Part shown: one piece after another, positions 1-10,347 of the stretch
Position numbering within the stretch: the stretch's first letter is position 1
Layout: every line of letters starts with the position of its first letter
Assembly (NCBI GenBank): GCA_002269645.1
Contig: NIVC01005216.1
Span: forward strand, 1-20,876
Origin: Macrostomum lignano
Lineage: Eukaryota
Length of the DNA: 20,876 nt
Reading direction: 5' to 3'
Notes under the pieces: model-generated
Databases searched by the model: none
What the model saw: the letters and a program-made list of their open reading frames with translations, nothing else
Told to the model about the DNA's origin: nothing
Made by a program: the position numbers and the translations under genes

Positions 1-447
1 GTCACAGGATGTTCCGATTAATATGTCATCTTGATATGACGCTGTACATTCTATGTCTCTTAGTACGTCGTCCATGACCTCTTGGAAAATAAGAGGCGCT
101 GCAGAGATTCCGAATTGGAGGTTCCTGAATGCAAAATAACCCATATGAGTCGATATGCAGGTAAGTTCTTGACTCTCCGGAGACAGTGCAACTTGTAGAA
201 ATGCTTCTCTAAATCCAGGACAGAGTAGAACTTCGCATTGGGAATTTTAGAAAGAATTTCTTCTAACTTCGGAAACTTGTATCGATCAGCATCAATTATG
301 CGATTCAGAGTGAGTGAGTAGTCACCGCATAGCCTTATTGGTCTAGCTGAGCCTTGCTGCTTAAAACCGGAACTATTGGCGCTGACACTGTTGGATTTCA
401 ACTGGGTAAATTATTCCCGCACCCAGTAGTCTCTTGAGCTCGGTCTC
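1..447 (-). pseudogene. pol: Reverse transcriptase N-terminal fragment of gypsy pol
   Basis: ETELKRLLGAGII.PVE, RPIRLCGDYSLTLN, YKFPKLEEIL, KFYSVLDL match the conserved gypsy RT N-terminal blocks. Frameshifted. Confidence 0.85.
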
Positions 448-894
448 TTACATAGACTTCATTGAAAAAGGCAGAGATCTGGCAGGGTACCGCATACCTT
501 CCATTTTAGCATCCGAGCGAAGGCGGAAACTCGCAAGAAATCGGTCGTTTGCATCGCGCACAACTGGTAGGCAAAGGACGTCTTTAGAAATGCTACTATC
601 GAAGTGCAATAGGTTTAGGCGCGATAGGAAATCCATGCCGAGAATGGCCATCGAATCGTTTCCAACATAGACATGTCCAATAGCGTATCTTCTGTCAGAC
701 AGAGTAATGGTTGCATCCGGAATGACTGAATATATGGTGGGCTGAAAGCCACCGTAGGACCTGAGCATTTTCGAAATCGGTTTGGATGGTAGATTGGAAA
801 TATCGGCAACATTCTTGGGTATAATGGTAACTTGACTCCCAGTATCCACTAGCATCTTAACGCTCGATCTCCGATCTTGCAGGTAGCAAACCAC
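448..894 (-). pseudogene. pol: Retroviral-type aspartic protease region of gypsy gag-pol
   Basis: VKMLVDTGSQVTII catalytic motif and AILGMDFL flap-end motif. Confidence 0.88.
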
Positions 895-1004
895 TGATCC
901 GTTGGGTCTCCGATGCCAGCTGCTGTGTAGACTGCTCCCACATGCTCATGGCTAGCATCTTCTGATCTTACTACGTTTTGCACTGCATTCACAGTCTTCG
1001 AACG

Positions 1005-1772
1005 ACAAACTGCTGCAAGATGTCCAACTTTTCCACACTTTCGACATTGCGCGTCCCTAAAGCGGCACTTTGATCTGACGTGTCCTACCTTTCTGCAGGT
1101 GTGGCATTGTCCAGTTTCATGAGGCTTCGAATGCTCTTGCGATTGTCCGAATTGTAATGCTGTTTATTGTAAGCCGGGGCCTTCTTCTCTTGCTTAAAAA
1201 GTCCGGTATGGACTTTGTTCTGCACCGCAGCGATTGCGTTCGACGGATTCGTAGCCACATTAATTGATTCGGCCAGCAAGCCATCTTGAATTGCAGCGGC
1301 CAAAGCGAGATCCTCTTTCGAAAGGAGCTTCTGCTTCAGTGCTTGATTGCGTAGGCCGAATATGAACTGCGACGGAATGAGTTCTTCTTGGAGATCGCCG
1401 AACTGGCATTTATTGGCCTGACGCTTCAGAATTTCAACGAAGGTAGAAATCAACTCGCCCTCCTTCTGCACATTGAATGAAGCACATGCCTCTCGTAGTG
1501 AAGTAACGTTTTGGGCTTGAAGTGTGCCGTTAGCGATGTCTGAATATTTTCGTAAGTCACCTCATCCTTAGCGATGTCTTTTGGCTTTAAAAGCTCCTCT
1601 ATTAGAGTGAAAGCTGCGTCTCCGCACGTTGCCAAAAGTACAGCTTTGGATTGTTCCCGCTTGCCTGAAGTGAAGCCACCAGGTAAAACTGCAGTCTCTT
1701 GAAGTACTGCTCGATCTCAGGATAAGAAAGCGGTAGTTCTCCGAGTCGGAAATCTAGCGACGACTGAGCCAT
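1005..1772 (-). pseudogene. gag: Gypsy gag with two CCHC zinc knuckles
   Basis: ATG at 1772 (MAQSSLDFRLGEL...YFKRLQFYL), TCGDAAFTLIEELLKP, QKEGELISTFVEILKRQANKCQFG. Knuckles CHTCRKVGHVRSKC and CRKCGKVGHLAAVC were hand-translated at 1106-1005 (not in the ORF track). Several frameshifts. Confidence 0.85.
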
Positions 1773-1834
1773 TGAAATTGCTGGTCTGAAGTAGTCAGTT
1801 TTATACCACTTGCTCAAGACCTCCAGCGTGTTTA

Positions 1835-1845
1835 CCTCGTCGCCA
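1835..1845 (-). promoter_or_regulatory. Primer-binding site TGGCGACGAGG (complementary to the 3' end of tRNA-Ser(GCU))
   Basis: Minus strand reads ...GTAACA|TGGCGACGAGG directly upstream of gag. The tRNA identity comes from recall of the tRNA-Ser(GCU) 3' end ...CCUCGUCGCCA. Confidence 0.75.
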
Positions 1846-2075
1846 TGTTACGTTTTGAATACCGCGAAGGCGGTAAAACTTTTGGGAAGTTAGAAGTTGA
1901 AGTGTCTTAGCGGTAGCGTGCTTGTAGCTTGTTTATATTTAAACGAAAAGTATCGAGACTTGAAGCAAATAAATGTGTACAGTCGAACTTAATCCCTATG
2001 AACCATAGACTAATATCTAAATCAAAAGTCCGTCTATGAATGACCATAATTAGTTAGCAAAGCAAATACACAACA
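1846..2075 (-). repeat. Putative 5' LTR of the gypsy element
   Basis: The inner end AACA abuts the PBS. The outer end was chosen at TGTTG (plus strand caaca, 2071-2075) to give TGTT...AACA. The second LTR is outside the window, so the outer boundary is unverified. Confidence 0.45.
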
Positions 2076-2664
2076 GCACCCAAGCCAAGGACACATTCGT
2101 TCATTCATCTGTCATCAGTGCCATCACAAAACGAGATTAAAGTGATTGCTTGAATTGTTGAATCATCAAGAAACATATTTTACAACTAATAAAATTGAAT
2201 TAAGCCTATATGTTTAGTTGGGGTTAGTAGTACCATGCAAAAATATTATCCCAGCCCGTTTTGTTTCGGGCTTCTTTTTTACTTGTAAGAGTATTGTATC
2301 GAAAATAAATCAATAAAGCGTTGGTTAAGCGTTGTTTGAGGGTTGTCAAACACCGTTGGAATTCAGCCGATGAAGTATAGTATCACACGCGATAATAAAT
2401 CGTTCTATGGAAAATAAAGTCTGAGGATGCGTTTTTATCAAGCCAAGGCGAAGACGAGAGGCCTGAGAACAAGCAAAAAGGAGTTATATAAGTAGCATCT
2501 GGAGTGGTAGCGAAGAAATAAAAGTCAAAACTATTTTACCACATGAGGCCAATGTTTTAGATGAGCACAGCGGCTCTCCAAAGAAACATTTTTACTCAAG
2601 CTGTCATACATCTCAATGCGCCTGCATGCCGTACATGCAGATTAAATTTGGTGGAAATAGCTTA

Positions 2665-3417
2665 AGTAGAAGGCATGAGGGGGCTTCTGGGACAAAATTT
2701 TTCACCTCCTCCATAATCCACCTAAATCCATCCATATTATCCCCGACAGAATCAGAAAAAAAGGGGGGTCGCACTCGCTCACAAAACATCCTCCATAATC
2801 CCATTAAATCCATCCATATTATCCCTGACAGAATCAGAGCATAACAGGTGTCCTAGTTGCTCCGAAAACTTCGAACATAATCCCATTAAATCCATCCATA
2901 TTATCCCTGAATCAGAGCATAACAGGTGTCGCACTCGCTTACAAAACTTCGAACATAATCCTCCTAACCTATCCTCCTTCCTCCACGACAGAATCAGAGC
3001 ATAGCAGGTGTCCTACATAATCCACTGACATCCACCCATAGCATCTTCGAAACAATCAGAAAACAATCTGTATTCTTCTCCACACATTCAATTCGCAATT
3101 CGCTACGCATCCCAAAGACTTTGAATCCCCTAACCCAGGGTCCTTACCCTTTGAAAAAAAAATTAAATTTTCTCTAAAAATGTTTCCAGTTGTCTCTCCG
3201 GGTTCTTATTACAAAGCGCACGAGCCTAATTACAAGAGTAAGTACCGATGCAAGAAGGAATGCAGCGAGTACATGAGAAAATATTGGCCCAACGTTGATA
3301 TCAATGTCCCTAATATTAATCTAGCTCTCCAAAGACATTAGTTTCATAAGTATGGAGTAACCTATGTAAAAGATTACGATAGCTACTATAACTTTGCAGA
3401 AATCATTAGGCAATTGT
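2665..3417 (+). repeat. Left terminal inverted repeat (753 bp)
   Basis: Reverse complement of 19828-20522. Homology runs from AGTAGAAGG to ...AGGCAATTGT, with substitutions and indels. Confidence 0.93.
2711..3070 (+). repeat. ~80-bp modular minisatellite inside the left TIR (about 5 units)
   Basis: CATAATCC(CATTAAATCCATCCATATTATCCCTGACAGAATCAG) recurs at 2711, 2793, 2876, 2954 and 3016. The last two units are degenerate. Confidence 0.85.
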
Positions 3418-3419
3418 GA
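3180..3419 (+). CDS. TIR-embedded small protein (~79 aa), left copy, with internal TAG at 3339-3341
   Basis: MFPVVSPGSYYKAHEPNYKSKYRCKKECSEYMRKYWPNVDINVPNINLALQRH*FHKYGVTYVKDYDSYYNFAEIIRQL*. AAAA-ATG leader like the other viral genes. Differences from the right copy are enriched in synonymous changes. Confidence 0.6.
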
Positions 3420-3423
3420 TTTC

Positions 3424-4285
3424 TTACATTCTCTCAATGATCAACGTCAATACAAACTCTTCCCCATTAAAATCAACGCCCATCCCATCTTCAGTCTCAA
3501 ACTGTAGCACAATCTCGTGAATCTCCTTATTACTCAATACAACTCTTTTCACTGGATTTGGTTTCTCTACCACCATCTGTCCTCCAGCAACAGAGTTGGA
3601 GATGTTGTACAAAATATTCGTTCGCTTTCCCTTAAATACCCAATCAAGACTGAGATTGCTTCTGATTAGAATATTCAAACCCTTTACAATGTCTGCAATA
3701 TTGGGTGCTAAGAACAAACCGCTTACACTTTCCCGGACCATTCTAACAGTCCCCGATGCTTGAGTGGCGGTCTGCGCCGCGGATTCTGCCTTATAAACTT
3801 TCTTCTCGAATCCTAGTTCCCTATACCAAGTGTCATCTTTAAACTCAACCTCCGCATTTTGTGAACTTGCATGACCACTCTCATTACAGTGAGATCATAG
3901 GTTAGTTTGACAGGGAACAGTTTCTTCTCTGGCTTACTCGCATCAGGTGTCTCAAAATGGCCTCTCTTAGTAAAGACATTTTCTAGAAAGTTATTGTAGG
4001 TATCCACACTTTGCGTGCTCACATGGAATACCACAGGGTCTGCTGCTGCACCTTTCCATTTGTAATAAAACTTATTATTTGCTGCCATCACATTAGGAAC
4101 GTTTGACCAACCAGTGAAGTCGTTAAGATAGACATGGTAATTAGCACCTGGATCCAGGCGAATCGCCTGCTCTAATTTTTCAACAAACATCCCGTTTGAG
4201 TCATTAATTCGCCAGTTATTGTAATAGGAATGCTCTCCTTAGAGTGTGAAACAATGTTATTTAGTCTTTCGGCTATAGCTTCCAT
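3424..4285 (-). CDS. mCP: Minor capsid protein (penton-like), ~287 aa after repairing 2 apparent 1-nt deletions
   Basis: Joins AAAAAA-ATG at 4285 (MEAIAERLNN...) with ORFs 3813-4190 and 3424-3741. The C-terminus ETEDGMGVDFNGEEFVLTLII is Polinton penton-like. Adjacent to MCP. Confidence 0.8.
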
Positions 4286-4307
4286 TTTTTTCACACAAAA
4301 AAAATAT

Positions 4308-5593
4308 TTAAACTTTACTGGATGAATTGTTGATCATGTTAAGCTTCACCTTCCTCTCAAATGCATAGATAATGTACAGGTCCACGGGTGTTGCGACAGT
4401 CCTTTCAATGTTAGTCACGATATTCACAGGGCTGTTATCAGTAGGCATTTGTCTGGCAGACACATCAGCGCCAAACATCGGATATAGAGTTCCATATTGA
4501 AGAGCAGTGATAGCAATTCCATTGTTCTCTTTCACAGCCAAGTCGACCAACTCGCTGTAAAATTTGCTAATCTTGTTCTGACTGAAATCTCCATTTTGTG
4601 GCAGTGCAGGGTAAAGATTATCACTGATTTCATGCTGAATGGACCGCACGTCTCCATGCATGTAGCGTATAATGCTATTTGGGTTTCTCATATTAATAAT
4701 GATATACCTTGGATTGCTGCATGATCCCTCTTTAATGCAGATGTTTGTTCTAGTTTCGTTTCGCTCATCTCGACACATGTAGGCTGTGTATGCAACATCA
4801 ATGTCCTTCTCTATTGCCTTGAGATAATCCGCTTTTAGTGCAGTCTTTGGCTCAATGACTTCCAAATACAGCTCGATTCCGGTTAGCTTCACCTCCATCC
4901 TTGTGTGGTCCGCCCCAGTCCACAACACTCTACTGCGATCATCTCTAGTCATCTAAAGGTGTAGCTAAAGTTACTAGTCAGTCGATTAAATGTATTACAG
5001 AATCCACTCATGAATCTCAATGGTACAAATACATCAACAGACCGATACTGCGGGTTCTTAGCAGCATCATCAGCACCTTGCAATGCATAGTTGTATCTCT
5101 TCTTCCTCTTTTTATAGCCACTGTCATTGATGTCTCCTTCTTTTTCATCTGCAATAAAACCCGCACCACTTCCCAACTGAATAAAATCAGGATTCTCGAT
5201 CAAACAATGAGCGTCATAGACAATTCCAAAGTTGGCGATTCGCTCCAACTCTGTGCTCCCATTCGATACACTAAACTCCTTGAACATGTACGCCCAAAAG
5301 TTACTGATCAGAGCCACATCCGCATCATGCTTGTCAACGTTAGCACGAGCCGCATCCGCACCACCTTTTGTCTTGAATTGAAATGTCATATGGAAGCCGC
5401 TCTTAAGACTGTGCACACTAACCAGAGACGAACATCCATTGTATGTAAATGTCAGTGTTTGGCCAGGACCAAGATTAGTTTCATTCTGATTTTCCTGACT
5501 GGGAACTCTTACCTGAGTCGCTTTGATTGTGCTATCATCACTCAAAATAGGCTTGTTAATTTTGTAGAAAACTGGTGTCAGTGGGTCGTTCAT
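4308..5593 (-). CDS. MCP: Major capsid protein (double jelly-roll), ~428 aa after repairing one 1-nt deletion near 4952
   Basis: Two abutting 214-aa ORFs join at TTT AGA/ATG. Size, beta-rich sequence, VFVPLRFMSGFC and KLTGIELYL-type motifs, and position next to the penton gene. Confidence 0.82.
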
Positions 5594-5623
5594 TTTTTAA
5601 CTAAAAATAAAATAAAATAAGAA

Positions 5624-6853
5624 ATGAAGCGAAAAAGTACACAGCAGATATCTGAATTGGAGAAGCTAGCACAAGCAGAGAAACGAGTTACCGGGCTAAT
5701 AAATAAGGAGCAACAATCCTACAATGAGTTTGTCCAAGCAGCCACAGAGTTTCATAAGCCCGGGTATGGAGAAGCTAAGAAAAATATTGATCAGGTCAAA
5801 GAAACTATCGACGACATACAGGAAACCCAGTGCAAAAGGCTTTGGGCAAAATTCCAGAAGCACCACAGATACAGCCGCAACCACAGACACAACCGCAACC
5901 ACAACAATCACAACAACAATCACAACCACAACAGCAACTAAAAGTGACAGATAACATTTTTGGACCAGTAGAGCGTGTCGAACATGATGGGAAATATGTA
6001 TTTGGAATAAGTATGTGGAGAAAAACATTTATAATGAACCAGTGGAATATTATATCGACATAAATAAGGAAAATATTTCTGTTGTCAAAGGCTCAGAAAC
6101 TATGAAAATTCCTTTCACAGACACCTTACTGACTTTTATGACCAAGAACCAAGAGAAATCTCGAGAAGCAGCTAAAGAACTACAGAAATCTAGTGACTTT
6201 TCTCTTGTTAGAGATATAGAAATACTAAAGGTCCCAGAAGTTCTGAAACACATGTACGATAGCGGTGTCAACCTGACTAAATTCAAAAAGTACAAGCACT
6301 TTAAACAATGGTTCGATTTGCCAGATCAGGCGGAAGTCATAAAATATCTAGAACAACAACAACAGCAACAACAACAACCACAACCACAGCAACAACCACA
6401 ACCACAGCAACAACATTTTACAGAAGTACTCAGGCAACTGGAAAATGCAGATCCGACTCAAGTAGCTAAATATAAAAATGATCACCCAGATGCCTGGCAA
6501 CACTTAGAACAACACTCTCCAGATCGAATGAACAGAATCAAGCAAAGAGTTTTCACACCTCAACAAAGACAGGCACCACATGACAGTTCCATCTCTGAAA
6601 GTGAGCAGTCTTTTGCATCACCTCCCCAGCAGCTACAAGCCCAACCAACTCCACAACCCAAGACCAACCGCCCTCAACAGGAAAAGGAATTTCTGAAATC
6701 TACAAGCGAGTAGCGGTTCTTCTAGGAGCGGCAAAGACCGGAATGAAAGATGAAAATAGAAAAGAATTTGTCAACATCCTGGACAAAATGATGGAAAAGA
6801 AGTATATCGATAAGAGCGAAGAGCTTCTGCTTTCGCGGTTCAACAAAAAATAA
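5624..6853 (+). CDS. Gln/Pro-rich uncharacterised Polinton protein, ~410 aa after repairing 3 apparent deletions
   Basis: ORFs 5624, 5830 and 6015 plus a final frame (EIYKRVAVLLGAAKTGMKDENRKEFVNILDKMMEKKYI...*) each step by -1 at short A/C runs (~5825, ~6006, ~6685). The C-terminal helix pattern resembles a recurrent Polinton protein end (from recall). Two CAA/CAG/CCA tracts. Confidence 0.7.
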
Positions 6854-6867
6854 TTTCTATTTAAAAA

Positions 6868-7245
6868 ATGCCGATTATTTTTGAGAAAGACGTGACAAAT
6901 ACTATGACAAAGAGGAACTTAATCTCATTAAACGCGGATCTGGACTTTTCCCTGCAGGCCACTATCCAAGAAAAGAACGCTCAGGGAACGGTCTTGCCGA
7001 TTTGATCGCTCAGGGGGCCAAGATTTTTAAGGTCATTGGAGAGAACAAAGAGAACATCAAGAACGTTGCCGAAGCGGCTGGCAGTGTAGCCACAGCAGCC
7101 AAAAAGATAAAGGATACTGTAACACCTAAACAAGAGATTCAACCTCCACTGGCCCCGCTGGCCCCAAACCAGACAGTGTGGACCCTGCAGTCTATGAGAA
7201 GATGAGAGCAGCATTAAAAAAGGAAGTGGTTTCAAATTTGACTAA
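6868..7245 (+). CDS. Small putative virion protein with GxG motifs and an amphipathic helix (protein VI-/cupiennin-like, tentative)
   Basis: Repaired: MPIIFEKRRDKYYDKEELNLIKRGSGLFPAGHYPRKERSGNGLADLIAQGAKIFKVIGENKENIKNVAEAAGSVATAAKKIKD...ALKKGSGFKFD*. Needs 3 repairs; with 2 repairs it ends at 7282 instead. Confidence 0.6.
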
Positions 7246-7276
7246 AGGTACTTTCCGAGGGTACAAGACTAGTCTC

Positions 7277-7435
7277 AAATGACACATCTAAGTCCCAAAA
7301 TGACACATTAAGTCCAAAATGACACATCTAAGTCCCAAATGACACATCTAAGTCCCAAAATGACACATCTAAGTCCCAAAATGACACATCTAAGTCCCAA
7401 AATGACACATCTAAGTCCCGAAATGACACATCTAA
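7277..7435 (+). repeat. 21-bp tandem repeat AATGACACATCTAAGTCCCAA, ~8 copies
   Basis: ATGACACAT at 7279, 7300, 7319, 7339, 7360, 7381, 7402 and 7423. Confidence 0.95.
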
Positions 7436-7473
7436 ATTATTTATTATTTAATTTTTTTTTCATCATAGAAAAA

Positions 7474-8272
7474 ATGGACTTTTCAAACGACTTCAATCCT
7501 CACTGGACGCGTAATCAGATTAAGTTTTCTCATCATGAGTCAATCCCGAGTCACTTCAGATGCATTGTTGTTGGTTCATCAGGTTCAGGTAAAACATTCA
7601 GAGTCTTTAACATGCTTCTTAGACCTGGCTTTATCGACTATGACACTCTGCACATCTACTCTCCCACACTGTATCAAGATGAGTATAAAATGCTGATTTC
7701 TGGATTGCAAAACAAACTGAACAAAGAGGACATTATTCATGTTTTAATAACCAAAAATCCTTCCCAGTAACCCAGAAATTGTAGCTGCTGAATATGCAAA
7801 GCACCTCAAAGACAATGAAAAATGGCAGAACATTAAAGTGTTCACCTATGGAGATCCACAGGCTGATCCAAAGACCAAACTTCTACCCCAACCAGATGAG
7901 CTAGAAAAGGGGAGAAAGCATTTGATCGTCTTTGATGATTGTATGACAGGCCCACAGAAGCAGATAGAAAACTATTTTACAAGAGGGCGACATAACAATT
8001 GTAATGTAATTTACATTGCACAGAATTGGTTCGAGCTCCCGAACAAAACAATTCGTGGGAACTGCAATCTGATTCTCCTGTTTCCAACCATTCCACAGGA
8101 CAGGTTAAAAAGATTTTACAATGAGGTCATTGCGCCTGCCTATTTCATAAATCCAACAAAAAACTCAAGCAGAAAGATTTCACAAGAGGAATTCGTTAAT
8201 CTTTGCTATGACAAGTGGAATCAGCCTTACCAGTTTGTGATTATCAGCAAAGAAAAAAGAACTGTAATTTAA
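7474..8272 (+). CDS. ATPase: A32/FtsK-HerA-type DNA packaging ATPase, ~266 aa after 2 repairs near 7745-7775
   Basis: Walker A GSSGSGKT, Walker B HLIVFDD, FTRGRHNN motif, IRGN. Start at tagaaaaaATG 7474. Confidence 0.93.
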
Positions 8273-8288
8273 AATTTGCTATTAAAAG

Positions 8289-9107
8289 ATGTCGATAAAC
8301 TTTGCAGGTGAATCCATTTCTGGCAACAGCGCTCTTACATCAGCTCAGATATCCATCCTTGACAGGCGATATATCAACAGCGACGAAAAGATCCCAGAGA
8401 TCAAACTGAATAAAAACAGACTGAAAGCCCTAGAGCGCTCCATGCACCAGTTGCAAATAAACATGGAAGATCTCAGGCTTAAAGTAGCTAGGCAGAAGTT
8501 TGAAAGTGATAAGCTTTATGTGCCGTTGTTAAACGCAACTAATGAACTAAGGTCAGAAATAACTTCGATAGTCTCGCTAATCAACGGCTTGAGATCATCA
8601 GTTAATCTTCTGGGAAATTCCACTGATAGACGGATGCGTATTCTTGAAGGAGGAGTTTTCACAAACACAGCTAAAGTAAATAATTTAGAAGAGTTCATGA
8701 ACCAGTCAACAGCGTTGCATGATAGAATTAAAGAAAACGTCGCAACCAACACAGTTAAAGTCAATAATTTAGAAGAGTTCATGACTCAGTCAACATCGTT
8801 GCATGATCGAATCAAAGAAAGACTTGAAGCATTAAAGAGAAAGGATGTATCACACAGTAGCTATCTAAACGGAATGTATAGCTCTTGGGGTAAAATAATA
8901 AGGAGGCTTGATCGTCTGGAGAGAACACTCAATCTTCGTGATATTGCTATTGATGAAGCAGAATCTGCTGCTCGTCCGGTCATGTCTACAGATCGAGTAG
9001 AAGGAGCTCTGGACCCCGCCGGAGTAATCCGGCACGCTCTCAAACGTCAGCCGCCCAGCCGCTGCCTGCTGGACTCGCGATCCTCCGGCGTCACGAGAGC
9101 CGCCTAG
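8289..9107 (+). CDS. Coiled-coil, fibre-like hypothetical protein (272 aa) with an internal 28-aa duplication
   Basis: Uninterrupted ORF with heptad-like L/I spacing. TNTAKVNNLEEFMNQSTALHDRIKE and TNTVKVNNLEEFMTQSTSLHDRIKE are 84 nt apart. The fibre role is inference only. Confidence 0.75.
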   Translation: MSINFAGESISGNSALTSAQISILDRRYINSDEKIPEIKLNKNRLKALERSMHQLQINMEDLRLKVARQKFESDKLYVPLLNATNELRSEITSIVSLINGLRSSVNLLGNSTDRRMRILEGGVFTNTAKVNNLEEFMNQSTALHDRIKENVATNTVKVNNLEEFMTQSTSLHDRIKERLEALKRKDVSHSSYLNGMYSSWGKIIRRLDRLERTLNLRDIAIDEAESAARPVMSTDRVEGALDPAGVIRHALKRQPPSRCLLDSRSSGVTRAA

Positions 9108-9198
9108 ACAACCGGCGGTGCAGATGGAATTATCAAAAAGAAAACAGATCTTTCAACCGGATAGTTTTATAATTTTTTTATTTTTTCTAGAGAAAAAA

Positions 9199-9947
9199 AT
9201 GGCCCAACAAAATTCTCTATACGATCAGTCTCAATACGTTGAACCTAAAATACCGACAGCACCAAACTCAATGGCACCGAATTCGAACACACAAAACCTG
9301 GCACCGAATCTGAATGCACCCAATATGAGCAACAAAAACTCTACCCCGTCATTACTTGTAACTCTCAACAGTTTCGACTGGTGGAGATTCAAAAAATGCG
9401 CGATGATCTTGAAAAAAATATTTTCCACAACACAAAGAAAATTAAGCGCTATGACAACCACTGTAAATTTTTCGACTACAGCAATATGATTCTAGGATCT
9501 GTGTCTGTTCTATCTGGATCTGCTGCAGCTGTCTCAGTGTTGCCAGTCATCACAGCCCCAATCGCAATCCCGCTCGGCTCTGTGGGTGCTGCATGTGGAC
9601 TTATTTCAGCAATTACTGGAGCATTAGCGCGAAACAGGCGAAAAAAACTAAAGCAGCTACAGGAGAAGCAAGTAAAAGAGAAAGGGGTGCACACTTCAAT
9701 CATAGGGTACATTTCAAGGGCAATCGAGGATAAGTTCATTTCAGAGGATGAGTTCAAAACCATTCAGGATCTTTATGAACAATCAATTCGAATGAACTTG
9801 AACATGGTCGGTACTGATGACATGAGTCAGCTGAGAAATGAACTCGAGAAAGTTCTTCAACATTATGTGGAAAGAAGGACAACGAGAAGTACAACGAGAA
9901 TGCACAATGAACCCTATGAAACACAGCCAAGAATAATTTCCTTGTAG
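9199..9947 (+). CDS. Polinton-type protein with two hydrophobic (TM-like) segments, ~249 aa after one repair near 9373
   Basis: MAQQNSLY...NSFRLVEIQKMRDDLEKNI...MILGSVSVLSGSAAAVSVLPVITAPIAIPLGSVGAACGLISAITGAL-ARNRRKK...ISRAIEDKFISEDEF. Confidence 0.75.
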
Positions 9948-10314
9948 GTCTTTCGTGTTTTGGTCATTGCATACAAAACAGTCATGCACAGCTCACCGCA
10001 AATATCACTGCTAAGACCTTGGAGAATAAAGTCTGAGCGATAAATTTTTTTATTATTTTTTCCCTTCATATAATTTCTTAGCTCTTCTGGTACTGCCGTC
10101 CCATAGCTATCGAAGTAATAACACTTGTGCTTGCGATCGGGATCAATCACCCAGCAAACCCAATGAGATCCTGGCTTATCGGTGGTGTCAAAGTTCATGA
10201 TGCCGCATTCTTTCTTAGAGGAAAATCAGGCAGAGTGTCCCTCATAAATATTCCTCTAAAGTTTGGGATTTCCAGTTCGTTAGCCAAATCTTCAAGAAAG
10301 TTATTTGTCGTCAT
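9914..10314 (-). CDS. PRO: Adenain-like cysteine maturation protease, ~133 aa after one repair near 10210
   Basis: FRGIFMRDTLP, NFDTTDKPGSHWV (His), YFDSYG (Asp), LQGLSSDICG (Gln/Cys). Start taaaaaATG 10314. Confidence 0.92.
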
Positions 10315-10347
10315 TTTTTATGAGGTTTATTAAACTTTCTCTTAAAC

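Larger units (their letters stand above)
1..1845 (-). mobile_element. Ty3/gypsy (Mag-like) LTR retrotransposon, 5' internal part (gag-PR-start of RT), truncated by the window edge
   Basis: Minus strand order is PBS, gag, two CCHC knuckles, aspartic protease (LVDTGSQ), RT N-terminus (PIRLCGDY...FYSVLDL). It has several frameshifts and one in-frame TAA at 448-450. Confidence 0.92.

Noticed and set aside
2622-2640. Short hairpin CTGCATG-ccgta-CATGCAG just outside the left TIR, and AGGCATGAG echo at ~20602 in the right flank
   Set aside because: 7-bp stem and 9-mer match are within chance expectation, with no counterpart at the other end.
2613-2844. ORFs 2613-2813, 2626-2844 and their mirrors 20197-20487, 20211-20501
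   Set aside because: Translations of the TIR minisatellite. The left pair crosses the element boundary, and there is no coding signal.
3129-3137. Telomere-like CCCTAACCC in the TIRs and SINE
   Set aside because: Single units only, expected by chance.
3339-3341. TAG reassignment or readthrough (in-frame TAG in the left TIR ORF and before CCTCC modules in the array)
   Set aside because: Several real genes here end in TAG (9107, 9947, 9914), and the right TIR copy has TGG at this position.
3976-3985. TTCTAGAA inside the minor capsid gene as an HSE
   Set aside because: Only two units, inside coding sequence, with no nearby TATA.
7339-7473. MTHLSPK repeats as the true ATPase N-terminus
   Set aside because: Produced by the 21-bp tandem repeat. 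ATG 7474 has the element's typical A-run context and gives a normal-sized ATPase. Kept only as an alternative in findings.
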